A stretch of DNA of 64,000 bases. Origin: an uncultured candidate division Zixibacteria bacterium (GTDB taxonomy: Bacteria > Zixibacteria > MSB-5A5 > UBA10806). Shown piece by piece: positions 1 through 11,188 of this stretch. Made by a program: the position numbers and the translations under genes. Where the stretch lies: positions 480,001 to 544,000 of the forward strand of contig CAWFQL010000012.1 of assembly GCA_963817915.1 (NCBI GenBank), given 5' to 3'. Numbering within the stretch: position 1 is the stretch's first letter; the number at the start of each line of letters is the position of its first letter. The notes below the pieces were generated by a model, which worked only from the letters and a program-made list of their open reading frames with translations, made no database searches and was not told where the DNA came from.

Positions 1-2
1 AG

Positions 3-683
3 TCGCAAAATAATATTTACGCATTAATGGGCAAGGAGCCGGTGGTCGGATCGATTAATTTGAAAGAACCGGAATTAACTTCATTGCCAAATGATGCAAG
101 CGATTGGATTAAGTCGGCGGGCGAGTCTTACCCTCCTTTGCGAAAGATGAAAAAGCAAAGCGATAGCTATAAATATTCGGCATCGGCCGCTCGAAGAATG
201 CGTTGGCCGATGCTCAATCTTTCGGCCGATTATGGATTCCGTTACCCCGACCCCATGGGTATGGCGCGGATGAATATGGTTAATATTCAAGCCACCTTAT
301 CTTTGCCGATATTCTCAGGCCGTCAGCAGGGAAAGATGGCGCTATCCATGTTCAACATGAAAGAGGGCGTCGATGCCGAATACAATCAAATGCTTCTCGA
401 TATCAAGGCCGATCTGCAATCGTTGCATACAAAGGCGAAACGGCTTACTCAGAGTCTGAATTTATATCGGGAGCGAATAATTCCGACGGATTACGACGCG
501 TATAAAAGCGCTATGGCAGGATATACTGCTGATAGAATTCAATTCATAAATCTACTGACATACGGGATTACGATATATCGCGATAAAATCGCTTCGAATC
601 AGATCGCTTTTGATTTATCACGAACTATCGCCGAGGCGGAAAAATATTATGTCAATCCTGATGATTATGGGCTAACAAGGTAA
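3..683 (+). CDS. TolC/CusC-family outer membrane efflux protein, 5' truncated by window edge
   Basis: Frame open from window start; OEP-like segments (WPMLNLSADYG, ATLSLPIF, AMAGYTAD); directly upstream of RND adaptor and pump. Confidence 0.85.
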   Translation, partial: SQNNIYALMGKEPVVGSINLKEPELTSLPNDASDWIKSAGESYPPLRKMKKQSDSYKYSASAARRMRWPMLNLSADYGFRYPDPMGMARMNMVNIQATLSLPIFSGRQQGKMALSMFNMKEGVDAEYNQMLLDIKADLQSLHTKAKRLTQSLNLYRERIIPTDYDAYKSAMAGYTADRIQFINLLTYGITIYRDKIASNQIAFDLSRTIAEAEKYYVNPDDYGLTR

Positions 684-706
684 AGCAACAATTTTTAAAG
701 GAGAAG

Positions 707-2704
707 ATGATGTCCAGCGAAGATAAACATTATCACCTCGATGACGAGCCGTTGCCTGAGGGCGAAGAGGCTCCTCCGCCATTGACTCATACAATGGCTA
801 TTATCAGATGGTGTCTTCTGATAGGGCTTTCGTTATTCGCCGTATTCATGATAGCTAATTATCTCGGTTTCGCGCCCTGGGAAGCCAGAGGGGAGAATAT
901 CACTCAATATCATTGCCCGATGCATCCTACATATATCAGCAATCAGCCGGGCGAATGCCCCATCTGCGGCATGTCGCTCGTTCCCATAAATAGCGATGGC
1001 AAGAACGCCGCAAAAACAGATACTTCACAAATAAAATCAATGCCCGCGATTCCGCCCGCTAAAAAGATTTCGGAAAAAGCCCAATATTACTGCCCCATGG
1101 ATACTGAAGTTGTTTCTGATAAGCCTGGCCGTTGCCCCAAATGCGGCATGGACCTTGTCCTGAAAGAGATATCATCAGATTCGTCGGCGATTAAATCAGA
1201 ATCCGAGAAAAGCCCATCCGATAGTGCGGCAGTAATACAGGCAAAATATACATGTCCTATGCATCCCGAAGTTATTTCGGATAAGCCCGGACGATGCCCT
1301 AAATGCGGCATGAATTTGGTAAAGATGGCCAATGAAGATAAAAAGATTCAAAAGCCGGGCGATTCAAAAGCAAAGAAAACAACCATTAAAAAGGAGTCCC
1401 CCAAAAAAGCTCAATATATATGCCCGATGGATACCGATGTAGTCTCCGATAAGCCGGGAAGATGCCCCAAATGCGGCATGGACCTGGTTCTCAAAACCGC
1501 AAAAGATGAATCTATGATTATGCCAGATGATCCCCCGCAAAATGCGTCAACAAGCAATACCGATCAGGGAATGGAAAATATGCCGGGGATGGGGGAAACC
1601 ACGACTACTTCCGCAGTCCCGGAGAGTTCATCTGTCCCCGGCCTAATGCCTGTGACAATCGAGCCTCAACGTCTGCAGTTGATTGGATTACGCACCGGAT
1701 TTGCCGAATTGAAGAATCCTGGCGGCAAAGTTCATATCGTGGGTTTCGTGACTCCCAATGAAACCAAAATGAAAAATATCCAGACCAGGGTCAGCGGATG
1801 GGTGCTGAATTTGGCGGTGGATAAGACCGGACAATATATCGAGGCCAATCAACCATTGATGACACTATATAGCCAGGATCTATATCAGGCAGAACAGGAT
1901 TTCATGGTGGCGCGCGATGCCGCTAAGACCGGTGTAGGCGATTCGGCTCTTGCCAAGATGCGTCTGCAATTAGTTGACGCTTCCAGGGAACGATTGCGCT
2001 TAATGGGTCTTTCGAATAATGAAATTTCCGAAATCGAAAAATCTGATCTGCCAAGCGCGCAGATGATTATTCGCAGCCCATTTTCTGGCTATGTGCTCGA
2101 GAAAGCGGTTTTGCCAGGGCAATTTATTTCACCCGACCAGAGCCTTTTCACTATTGCCGATTTGAATAATGTCTGGGTTATTGGGGATGTCTACGAGCAG
2201 GATCTGCCTTATATCCATACCGGACAGACAGCCTCTATGAAGCTTACATCTTATCCCGGCGAGAATTATGAAGGCACGATATCATATATCTATCCCTCGG
2301 TTTCTGAGCAGACCCGAACAATAAAAGTACGAATTGAATTCCATAATCCATCGCTGCATCTTCGCCCCGGAATGTATGCTGAGGTCGAAGTTGACCGCGG
2401 CGGAAATAAAGCCCTTGTGGTGCCTGCCGAAGCCGTAATCGATGGCGGCGAAGTACAGTATGTTTTTGTCGTTCGCAATGGCAAGCATTTCGAGCCGCGC
2501 AAAGTCACGATCGGCCGTTCATCGGATGACTGGATGGAGATATTAAGCGGCCTTTCCTCGGGCGAAGAAGTGGTTACCAGCGCGAATTTCTTAATAGATT
2601 CCGAGAGCCGTCTGAACGCGGCAATTACAGGCATGGGCGCCGCGCCAAGCATGCCCGATATGCCTGATATGCAAAAAACAACTTCTGAAAATGGAAACAG
2701 ATAA
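707..2704 (+). CDS. cusB: CusB-like RND periplasmic adaptor with four heavy-metal-binding (YxCPM) domains
   Basis: N-terminal TM helix, four YxCPM(H/D)..PGxCPxCGMxL repeats, MFP core (IRSPFSGYV, LRPGMYAEV, SANFLIDSESRL). Confidence 0.9.
   Translation: MMSSEDKHYHLDDEPLPEGEEAPPPLTHTMAIIRWCLLIGLSLFAVFMIANYLGFAPWEARGENITQYHCPMHPTYISNQPGECPICGMSLVPINSDGKNAAKTDTSQIKSMPAIPPAKKISEKAQYYCPMDTEVVSDKPGRCPKCGMDLVLKEISSDSSAIKSESEKSPSDSAAVIQAKYTCPMHPEVISDKPGRCPKCGMNLVKMANEDKKIQKPGDSKAKKTTIKKESPKKAQYICPMDTDVVSDKPGRCPKCGMDLVLKTAKDESMIMPDDPPQNASTSNTDQGMENMPGMGETTTTSAVPESSSVPGLMPVTIEPQRLQLIGLRTGFAELKNPGGKVHIVGFVTPNETKMKNIQTRVSGWVLNLAVDKTGQYIEANQPLMTLYSQDLYQAEQDFMVARDAAKTGVGDSALAKMRLQLVDASRERLRLMGLSNNEISEIEKSDLPSAQMIIRSPFSGYVLEKAVLPGQFISPDQSLFTIADLNNVWVIGDVYEQDLPYIHTGQTASMKLTSYPGENYEGTISYIYPSVSEQTRTIKVRIEFHNPSLHLRPGMYAEVEVDRGGNKALVVPAEAVIDGGEVQYVFVVRNGKHFEPRKVTIGRSSDDWMEILSGLSSGEEVVTSANFLIDSESRLNAAITGMGAAPSMPDMPDMQKTTSENGNR
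907..1490 (+). repeat. Four dispersed ~26-aa metal-binding repeats inside cusB (near 907, 1085, 1247, 1415)
   Basis: YHCPMHP, YYCPMDT, YTCPMHP, YICPMDT each followed by PG(E/R)CP(I/K)CGM; copies 2 and 4 share tgccccaaatgcggcatggacct. Confidence 0.9.
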
Positions 2705-2723
2705 TTATTAAAAGAGCTGTATA

Positions 2724-5700
2724 ATGATAAACGCAATAATAGATTACTGCGCCAGGAATAAAGCCATCGTCATAATTGGAACGCTGTTCGCGATTGCGGG
2801 CGCTTATTATGCTTTGAAAAATATCACTCTCGATGCTATTCCCGACTTATCCGATACTCAGGTCATAGTTTTTTCGGAATGGATGGGTCGCAGCCCTGAT
2901 CTTGTCGAGGATCAAGTTACCTATCCCATTGTAACCTCATTGCTTTCCGCGCCCCATGTCACCGCTGTGCGCGGTTATTCGATGTTTGGTATGTCATTTG
3001 TATATGTAATTTTTGAGGACGGCACCGATATGTACTGGGCGCGGAGCCGTGTGCTCGAATATATGAGCCAATTCCAGAGCAAATTGCCCCAGGGCGTGGC
3101 GCCTATAATAGGCCCGGATGCCACATCGATCGGATGGATATTCCAATACGCGCTGATAGATACCTCCGGAAAGAATGATCTCGCCGATATGCGAACATTC
3201 CAGGATTTCACATTACGATACGCGTTATCATCGGTGCCCGGAGTATCCGAGGTAGCCAGTATTGGAGGCTATCAAAAGCAATATCAGGTCGAAGTCGATC
3301 CCGATAAGCTTCATGCCTATAATCTCTCTATAGGCGATGTTACCCGGGCAATCCGCCAGAGTAATAATGATGTAGGCGGGCGTGTCATCGAATTAACCGG
3401 GCGCGAATATTTTATACGGGGTAAAGGGTATATTCGAGACCTGGAATCGTTGCGGCAAATCTCACTGGGAGTCGATGGCGATGGAACACCGATCCTATTG
3501 GGCAGTATTGCCAAGGTCGGATTTGGTTCCGATATCCGTCGAGGAGTCGGGGAATTTGACGGAGTCGGCGAGGCTGTCGGCGGTATCGTAATCATGCGCC
3601 ACGGCGAAAATGCGTTGGAAGTTATCAACCGGGTAAAGAGCAAAATTAATGATCTAAAATCGACACTGCCGCCCGGCGTCGAGCTTAAGGTTGTTTATGA
3701 TCGAAGTAACCTGATTAATAGAGCAATAGATACTCTCAAGCATAGCCTGCTCGAAGAAGGAATAGTCGTTGCTATCGTGATTTTTTTATTTCTCCTACAT
3801 TTTCGAAGCTCATTGGTGCCGATCATAACTTTGCCGATAGCGATCGGCCTGGCATTTATTCCGATGTATATTCTGAAGATCAACTCGAACATTATGAGCC
3901 TTGGAGGTATTGCCATCGCGATCGGAGCCATGGTCGATGCCAGCATTGTCCTTGTTGAGAATGCTCATAAGCGATTGGAAAAAGCCCCTCCCACTGCGGA
4001 TAAGAAGGAAGTCATCATTGCTGCCGCAAAAGAAGTCGGCCCTCCGATATTCTTCTCGCTCCTGATTATTACCGTGGCCTTCCTGCCGATTTTCGCGTTA
4101 ACAGGGCAAGGGGGAAGATTATTCAAGCCTTTGGCCTATACCAAGACATTCTCGATGTTCTTTGCGGCAATTTTGTCGGTTACTTTAGCTCCGGCCCTGA
4201 TGACAATACTTATTCGCGGGAAGATAAAGCATGAAGCCAATCACCCAGTCTCCAAATTATTAATCAGATTATATAAACCATTTGTATATGTCGCTCTGCG
4301 CAATCCAAAGACGACAATCGCGATCGGTTTGGCCGCGATTATAGCGTCGATACCTATGCTTCCCAAGATCGGGTCAGAATTCATGCCGGCTCTTAACGAG
4401 GGTGATATTCTTTATATGCCGACAACATTCCCGAATATTTCAGTCGAGCAGGCCAAGCAGTATATGCAATATCAAGACAGAATTATGAGATCATTCCCTG
4501 AAGTGATTTCCGTTTATGGTAAAGCCGGCCGCGCAGAGACTCCAACTGATCCCGCTCCGCTGAATATGCTAGAGACAGTTGTCCAGCTAAAGCCGCGCGA
4601 GCAATGGCGAACCGTGGAAGTCAAAAGATGGTACTCGAGCTGGGCTCCCGGTTTCGTGAAATCGATACTTCATCCTGTCTGGCCGGAAAAACGGACTATC
4701 ACCTGGCAGGAGCTGATCGACGAATTCGATAAAGCCATGAAATTCCCCGGTTGGACCAACGCCTGGACAATGCCAATTAAAACCAGAATCGATATGCTTT
4801 CTACCGGTATCAGAACTCCAATCGGGGTGAAAGTCTTTGGTAACAATCTCGATGAGATTGAGAAAATCGGCATGGAATTGGAGCAATCGCTCTCGAAGAT
4901 TCCCAGCACTCGAAGCGTTTTCTCCGACCGAAATACCGGTGGTTACTTTATCGATATTATTCCCGATAGATCTGCAATCGCTCGCTATGGATTATCAATG
5001 AAGGACGTTCAGGATGTCATCGAGGCGGCTATCGGCGGCATGCCGGTAGAGGTGACAATCGAAGGAAGAAATCGTTTCTCCATTAATGTTCGTTACCCGC
5101 GGGATATGAGGCAAAATATCCAAAGACTTAAAGACGTACTTGTTCCGATTCCGGATTAATTCTGGTCAGGGCGATGGTGGCGGCATGGGAATGCTGGATA
5201 CTGATAATATCGTCAATACCGAAAATCCGCCTATGCTTGTTAGTACAGATTTGAATGGAATTTATAATCCATGGGAAAATTCGAAAAAATTGCAATCAAT
5301 GAATAATATGGGCGGCGGAGGAAGCCAATCATCATCCATGCCTCAGGGAGGCAATGTCACTGGCGGATCAGGTTTCAAATCGCAGCTTCCGATGGGCGGA
5401 CAGGGATCCGCCTCAAAGTATAAGTTTTTCCCTGAAGGCGGACGGCATGTGCCATTGGGACAGATTGCCGAAATAAAGATCGTCACCGGTCCCCCTATGA
5501 TTAAAGATGAGGCCGGAATGCTGGTTGGATATGTATTTGTCGACATGGATCAATCGCAACGCGATATCGGCAGCTATGTAAACGAGGCCAAAAAAGTTGT
5601 CGCCAACGAAATCAAAATTCCGCCAGGATATTATCTCAAATGGACAGGCCAATACGAGCTTTTAGAACAAATGTCGAAGAGAATGAAAGTAGTTGTTCCT

Positions 5701-6225
5701 ATCACACTCATTCTTGTAGTCATCCTGCTCTATCTCAATTTTCGAAATATCACAGAGACGCTTATTGTATTGGCATCGGTGCCATTTGCCCTCGTGGGAA
5801 GTGTCTGGCTCATGTATTTTCTCGGATATAATTTCTCTACAGCTACTTGGGTTGGAATTATCGCGCTTGTGGGACTTGCGACCGAGACGGGGATTGTGAT
5901 GGTATTATATCTTGACCATGCCTATGAACGGCGCAAGGCCGCCGGCAAGATGCGCGATCTCAATGATATTATTTGGGCGCACATGGAAGGCACTGTTATG
6001 CGGGTCAGGCCCAAGCTGATGACAGTTGGAACGACGATGATAGGATTGGTGCCACTGCTTTGGGCGCAAGGCAGCGGAGCCGATGTCATGAAAAGAATAG
6101 CCGCTCCCATGGTCGGCGGTCTTATCAGTTCGACATTCCTAACTCTTGAGATTATCCCAGTGATTTATACATATTGGCGCTACTGGCAAATAAAGCATGA
6201 AAAGAAATCTCGAGCATCGGAATAG
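2724..6225 (+). CDS. cusA: CusA/CzcA-family heavy-metal RND pump; split by one frameshift near 5155 (ORFs 2724-5159 and 5140-6225)
   Basis: LDAIPDLSDTQV, GAMVDASIVLVEN, MPIKTRIDML, RVRPKLMT, IAAPMVGG motifs; removing one G in attccggattaat joins the two ORFs. Confidence 0.92.
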
Positions 6226-7872
6226 GGAGTTGCTATTTTAACGGACGGCAATATTGACCGCCCGGCGGCAGGATTTCCTGTTGGCTTGGCGGATTGGGCC
6301 GCGGGCGACCATTGGCCGATATGTTCGGAATAAATCTTGCATTTGCCGATCGATTCCCATTTCTCGCCTGAATTGTAATTCCAGTCGATAAATTCGCTTC
6401 CAGCGCCCGTCGTCGTGACAAGATAAGAATTGCCGACAAATCCGAATCTCTGCGCCTGTCCCTCAGGTGATGGAGTATCGCCACCCGAAGGATCGACAGG
6501 AAGCCAGCCATAATTCGGCAGATATATCTCGCACCAACGATGAAAGACTTCATCCTCCGATGCCAAATCCCCTCTGATGGTTATTGCGCCTGAATATCTC
6601 GCCGGAATTCCCGCCGCGCGACACATTGCTATATAGACAAAGCTGTATTCTGAACAACTCCCGTTGCCTCGTTCAATGACCGCGGGCGCGACATTCCAGC
6701 CGCCTGATAGCTCGTAAGTCAAATGATCGATGACCCAGCGATAAATTTTTCTGGCGATCCAATATGGATTGGATTCGTTGCCGATTGCGGCCTTGACCGA
6801 GTTTTGAATTATAGGATTCTTCAGGTCGAATTTGGTATCGTCGGATAGATACTTTTCGCTTATGTCTTTTGGAATCTGTTTTAATGAGCCTATCTTGCCG
6901 GGAGTGACAAAATATCGAGTCTCGTATAGATCGGCCGTAATTAGATAAGACGCCCTGGCGGAGCCGCCTGAAGGAATATTCTCAAAATGAAATGCCGCAA
7001 ATGGCTGTCCCCATTTGTCGGTCACATATCGCGGGCTGGAAGTCGAAAAATAGGCCGGCTCGCCAATAATTGTCTGATGCTCTGAATTGGATGGAATCGC
7101 CAGATAGATGTCGAGTGATTTCAGAGTATCCGGGACCATAGTTTCTGACTTCGTTATAGTAATTCATATTCTGTCGCTGGCATTTGGTCTTGGAATAGAG
7201 AACTCCGTCATCTGTCACAATGTTATAAAGTGAATCAGTTTGAAAATCGACGTTGAACAATTTATCATTTACAAATGCCAGACCCCAGGGAAAAGGCCCG
7301 GGGGATTCAATTATCTTTATGACATCGCCAGTCTCAGGATAAATCATATAAATTCTATTCTGCATTCTATCAGCGGCCCAGAGATAGTTACCATCAAATG
7401 CCAGCCCCGTTGTCGAGCCGGAAGGCGCGGGGAATGATTTTATAGTCGTGCCGTCATCCGCGGATATTTTATTGATGGTTGATTGGTCGGCCAACCAAAG
7501 AGTCTTGCCATCCCAGGCCATTCCTGTCGGCGAGGTCACCGGGGATGAGATGGTCTTAATATTGACACCAGACTTGATGTCTAACTGAATTATATTATTC
7601 TCTTCGGCGTCGACTACCCACATATAGGAACCATCCCACGCCAGCCCGTAAGGTCGAAATGTTGGCGCGGATATCGCGTTGATGGTATTGCCGGTAGTCG
7701 GGTCAAGCGCGTAAATAGAATCGCTTTTGAAATCCGCTATCCATAGATTGTGTCCATCGAATGCCATTCCGGATGGGCATGATGAAACTGGAAACGATTT
7801 CAAGATATCTCCCGGCGTTGTAATCAATGAACTGCCGGTTAAAAGGATACTCAATATTAAAGTATGTAGCAT
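6180..7872 (-). CDS. Secreted transglutaminase-like domain protein with N-terminal beta-propeller; frameshift near 7132
   Basis: Signal peptide; five GLA(W/F)DGxxLW-type repeats; catalytic triad motifs GSCSEYS, FHRWCE, VDPS; exact C-terminus uncertain (overlaps cusA end). Confidence 0.85.
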
Positions 7873-8122
7873 CGCGCCTCCCGCCTGATTTTGAAGGTTT
7901 CCAATTCTATTAAATTATACTCCGCATTTTGGCCGGACTCAAGATGATTTTAGACTGCAAAAATGCAGAATAGCCGCATAGAGTAAAATCTATATTTCTG
8001 ATTTTCGAAATTGCAGCTTTATAAAATGCTTGCTTTTCCGAGGAGCATTTCTCATTTTATTGTAGAGCTTTTTGAAAATGCTCTTTCTATTCGCGATCGG
8101 TTTTATAAAGCGGAGGATTCAA

Positions 8123-8927
8123 ATGATGGACATATATCAGGAAATTGTCAGATTGCCATGCTGAGGGGAGACCATTCGCGTTCGCGATGATCGTCAAGGC
8201 GATCGGCTCCGTTCCAAGGGATGTCGGCGCCAAGATGATTGTGTATTCCGATGGTTCGATCGCCGGGACAATCGGTGGCGGCAATCTCGAGAAATTGGTT
8301 ATCGATGAAAGTGTCGAATTGCTTAAAGGCGAGAAGGTTCATTTACTAAAAACCTATAGACTCGAAGAATCAGGGCCGGACTCTACCGGTATGTATTGCG
8401 GGGGAGAGGTCGAGGTCTTTATCGAAGTGAATCCCAGACCGGATAAATTGATTATCTTCGGAGGCGGACATATTGGCCGCGATCTTGCGAAAGTCGCCGC
8501 AGGACTGAATTTCAAAATTATTATTGTCGATGAACGGCCTGACATCTTGGCCCAATATCAAAAACCCATTGAGACATTTCTTACTGACGAGAGTTTCAGC
8601 ACCAATTATCCGACGATCGACAAGAACAGCTACATCGTTATAGTCACTCACGGCCATCGCTGCGATAAGCAGGCTCTTGCCAATGTTATCAATAAGGATT
8701 GGGCTTATGTCGGCATGATAGGATCAAGAAAAAAAATAACAAAAACCTTCGCTGAATTGGAAAGCTCGGGCATAAAAAAATCGTTATTGGAAAAAGTCCA
8801 TACTCCGATCGGACTCGATATCGCCGCAGAGGGTCCCTATGAAATCGCGGTAGCAATTGCCGCCGAGCTTATCGCGATTAAAAGAAAAAAAAATCATCCT
8901 GAGCGTCAATTCTCCAAAATTATTTAA
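8123..8927 (+). CDS. XdhC/CoxI molybdoenzyme maturation factor; true start ATG 8123 with a frameshift near 8156
   Basis: GGAGG RBS before ATGATGGACATATATCAG (MMDIYQEIVRL); GSVPR..GAKM, GTIGGG, MYCGG, YVGMIGSRKK, PIGLDI motifs. Confidence 0.9.
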
Positions 8928-10122
8928 TCAATGACCAGGGATAAAGCGCATAGAATGCGGCGCAACGAGATAAATCGTCGATTTCTACATATTCATTAGG
9001 CGCATGTGCCATTTTTTCCTGCCCCGGGCCGTACCCGAATGTAGGTATATCGAATATTCCCATTGTCGCTACACCGTTTGTCGAGAATGTCCATTTGCCG
9101 ATATTGACTTCGGAATTGAATAGCTGCTTATGGCATTTTGAAGCAAATTTCAAAAAAGGATGCTCTTCTCTCAAAGCCCAGGTCGGATATGTCTTAGGGG
9201 TTGGATATACTGTTCCCCGCCAACTTGGAACTTCGTATTGCGGAATCTGCACCTGCGCCCCGGCAGTTTTGACCTCGGCCAATGATTTCAATTGATCGAC
9301 TGCGCTTTCAGGAGTTTCGCCCCATGTCAAACGTCTATCAATATATATCGCGGCCATATCTGCCACCGCGCACAATGATGGCGAGTTCGAACGTATTTGC
9401 GACGCCGCCAATGTCCCTTTGCCAAGAAAATCGTCTGATATCAATTGGCCGTTGTATTTTTCCAACGCGGTAATTATCGGCGCCAATTTATAGATGGCAT
9501 TGACTCCTCGTTCGGGGGCGGAGCCGTGGCAGGAGATTCCATCGACTACAATCTCAATCTCCATTCGCCCTCGTTGCCCGCGATTGATATTGCCATCGGT
9601 TGGTTCGGTTAGGATCACAACATCCGGGCGGATTTTATCTTCTTTGATTATATATTGCCAGCATAGACCATCGCAATCTTCCTCCTGAACCGACCCGACA
9701 AACAAAACCGTAAATGGTAATTCGCTCTTTGATTCCGCCAATATTTTCAAAGCGGTTATCATCGATGCCATCCCGGCCTTCTGATCCGATGTGCCCCGAC
9801 CCCAGACCTTATTGCCTTTTATTTCGCCGGAAAATGGTTCTGAATTCCAAAGTTTTCGTTCGCCGATATCGACCGTATCGATATGAGCGTCGAAAGCTAT
9901 CAGCGGCCCTTTGTTTCCCAGACGCGCGATTATATTTCCCAGCTTGTCGATTTGAACATCATCCGCGCCATTCTGCCGAAACTCATTTTCGAGAAATCGA
10001 ATTATTTTCTCTTCTTTCCCTGAAAATGATGGAATCTGGATCAGTTTCGAAAGTAACTTAGCCGAGAAATCCTTTAACTCGTCGGCTCCCTTATTAATTA
10101 TTAACGGATCCCTCATTGTCAT
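8920..10122 (-). CDS. ygeY: YgeY-family M20 metallohydrolase
   Basis: FDAHIDTV, GRGTSDQK, VQEEDCDG, SPSLCAVAD, WTFSTNGV, AHAPNE; ATGA overlap with upstream gene at 10119-10122. Confidence 0.9.
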   Translation of the reverse strand: MTMRDPLIINKGADELKDFSAKLLSKLIQIPSFSGKEEKIIRFLENEFRQNGADDVQIDKLGNIIARLGNKGPLIAFDAHIDTVDIGERKLWNSEPFSGEIKGNKVWGRGTSDQKAGMASMITALKILAESKSELPFTVLFVGSVQEEDCDGLCWQYIIKEDKIRPDVVILTEPTDGNINRGQRGRMEIEIVVDGISCHGSAPERGVNAIYKLAPIITALEKYNGQLISDDFLGKGTLAASQIRSNSPSLCAVADMAAIYIDRRLTWGETPESAVDQLKSLAEVKTAGAQVQIPQYEVPSWRGTVYPTPKTYPTWALREEHPFLKFASKCHKQLFNSEVNIGKWTFSTNGVATMGIFDIPTFGYGPGQEKMAHAPNEYVEIDDLSRCAAFYALYPWSLIK

Positions 10123-11171
10123 TCGATTATTTCCCATGATGGTTGATATTTATCCAATTCCTCTTTTGTTCGCGGATCCATTGGATGCGGCCGATCGGGT
10201 ATCTCGACATCCTTTTCGACGCCGCACAATGGAGTCGAAAAATATCTCTGGCCGGTATCATTTATCATGGTGACAATCCGTTTCAATTCTGGATGTTTTT
10301 TCGCCAATTTGATCGCGGCCGCGATATTCGATCCCGATGAAATACCACAGAATATTCCCTCTTTCGATGCCATCATCCGCGCCATATCCAACGCCTCTTG
10401 GGTGGTTGTCGTAATTACGCCGGTCAGCATAGATACATCGAGATTGATCGGCACGAAACCGTCGCCTATACCTTCGATTCCATGCGGTCCCCATTTCCGT
10501 TTGGCAAGAAGTGGACACTCGGCAGGTTCGATAGCGTAAAGCTGTAATTTGGGTTTTTGCTTGCGTATAAATTTGCCTACCCCGGTAAGTGTACCACCAG
10601 TGCCTTGCGTGGCGATAAAAGCATCGAGCTTGCCGCCGGTCTGTTCCCAGATTTCAGGGCCGGTTGTCATAAAATGTGCCTTTATATTGTCTGGATTATC
10701 AAATTGCGCGGGCACCCAGTATCTTTTAGGGTCATTAGAGCGAATCTCTTCGAGTTTATTCAATGCCAGATCAACATCGCTTTCGCCGCCGGGCGTATAG
10801 ACCATTGTTGTGCCATAGGCGATATCGAGCATCTTGCGTTCTTCCGACATCCCTTCAGGCATCACGATAATACATGGATATCCCTTGACCGCCGCTACGA
10901 ATGAGCATCCGATTCCGGCGTTGCCGGTGGAGCATTCCAAAATCGTCATTCCGGGTTTTAGCTCGCCTCGCTTCTCAGCGAGATTGAACATATTCAGATA
11001 GATTCTATCTTTGAGACTTCCGGACGGGGAAAAATACTCAACCTTTGCCAAAACTTCGCAATCAATTCCATTCATCTTAGGAATTTTATTCAAACGTACC
11101 AACGGAGTTCTGCCTATCGCATCGAATATGCTTTTTGATATTTTTCTGTTGTTATCCCACTTAATTGCCAT
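10119..11171 (-). CDS. Cysteine synthase-family PLP enzyme (substrate uncertain)
   Basis: IGRTPLV, PSGSLKDR (PLP Lys), STGNAG, GTGGT, IEGIG, GISSG. Confidence 0.85.
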   Translation of the reverse strand: MAIKWDNNRKISKSIFDAIGRTPLVRLNKIPKMNGIDCEVLAKVEYFSPSGSLKDRIYLNMFNLAEKRGELKPGMTILECSTGNAGIGCSFVAAVKGYPCIIVMPEGMSEERKMLDIAYGTTMVYTPGGESDVDLALNKLEEIRSNDPKRYWVPAQFDNPDNIKAHFMTTGPEIWEQTGGKLDAFIATQGTGGTLTGVGKFIRKQKPKLQLYAIEPAECPLLAKRKWGPHGIEGIGDGFVPINLDVSMLTGVITTTTQEALDMARMMASKEGIFCGISSGSNIAAAIKLAKKHPELKRIVTMINDTGQRYFSTPLCGVEKDVEIPDRPHPMDPRTKEELDKYQPSWEIIE

Positions 11172-11188
11172 TTACTCTCCTCACAATT

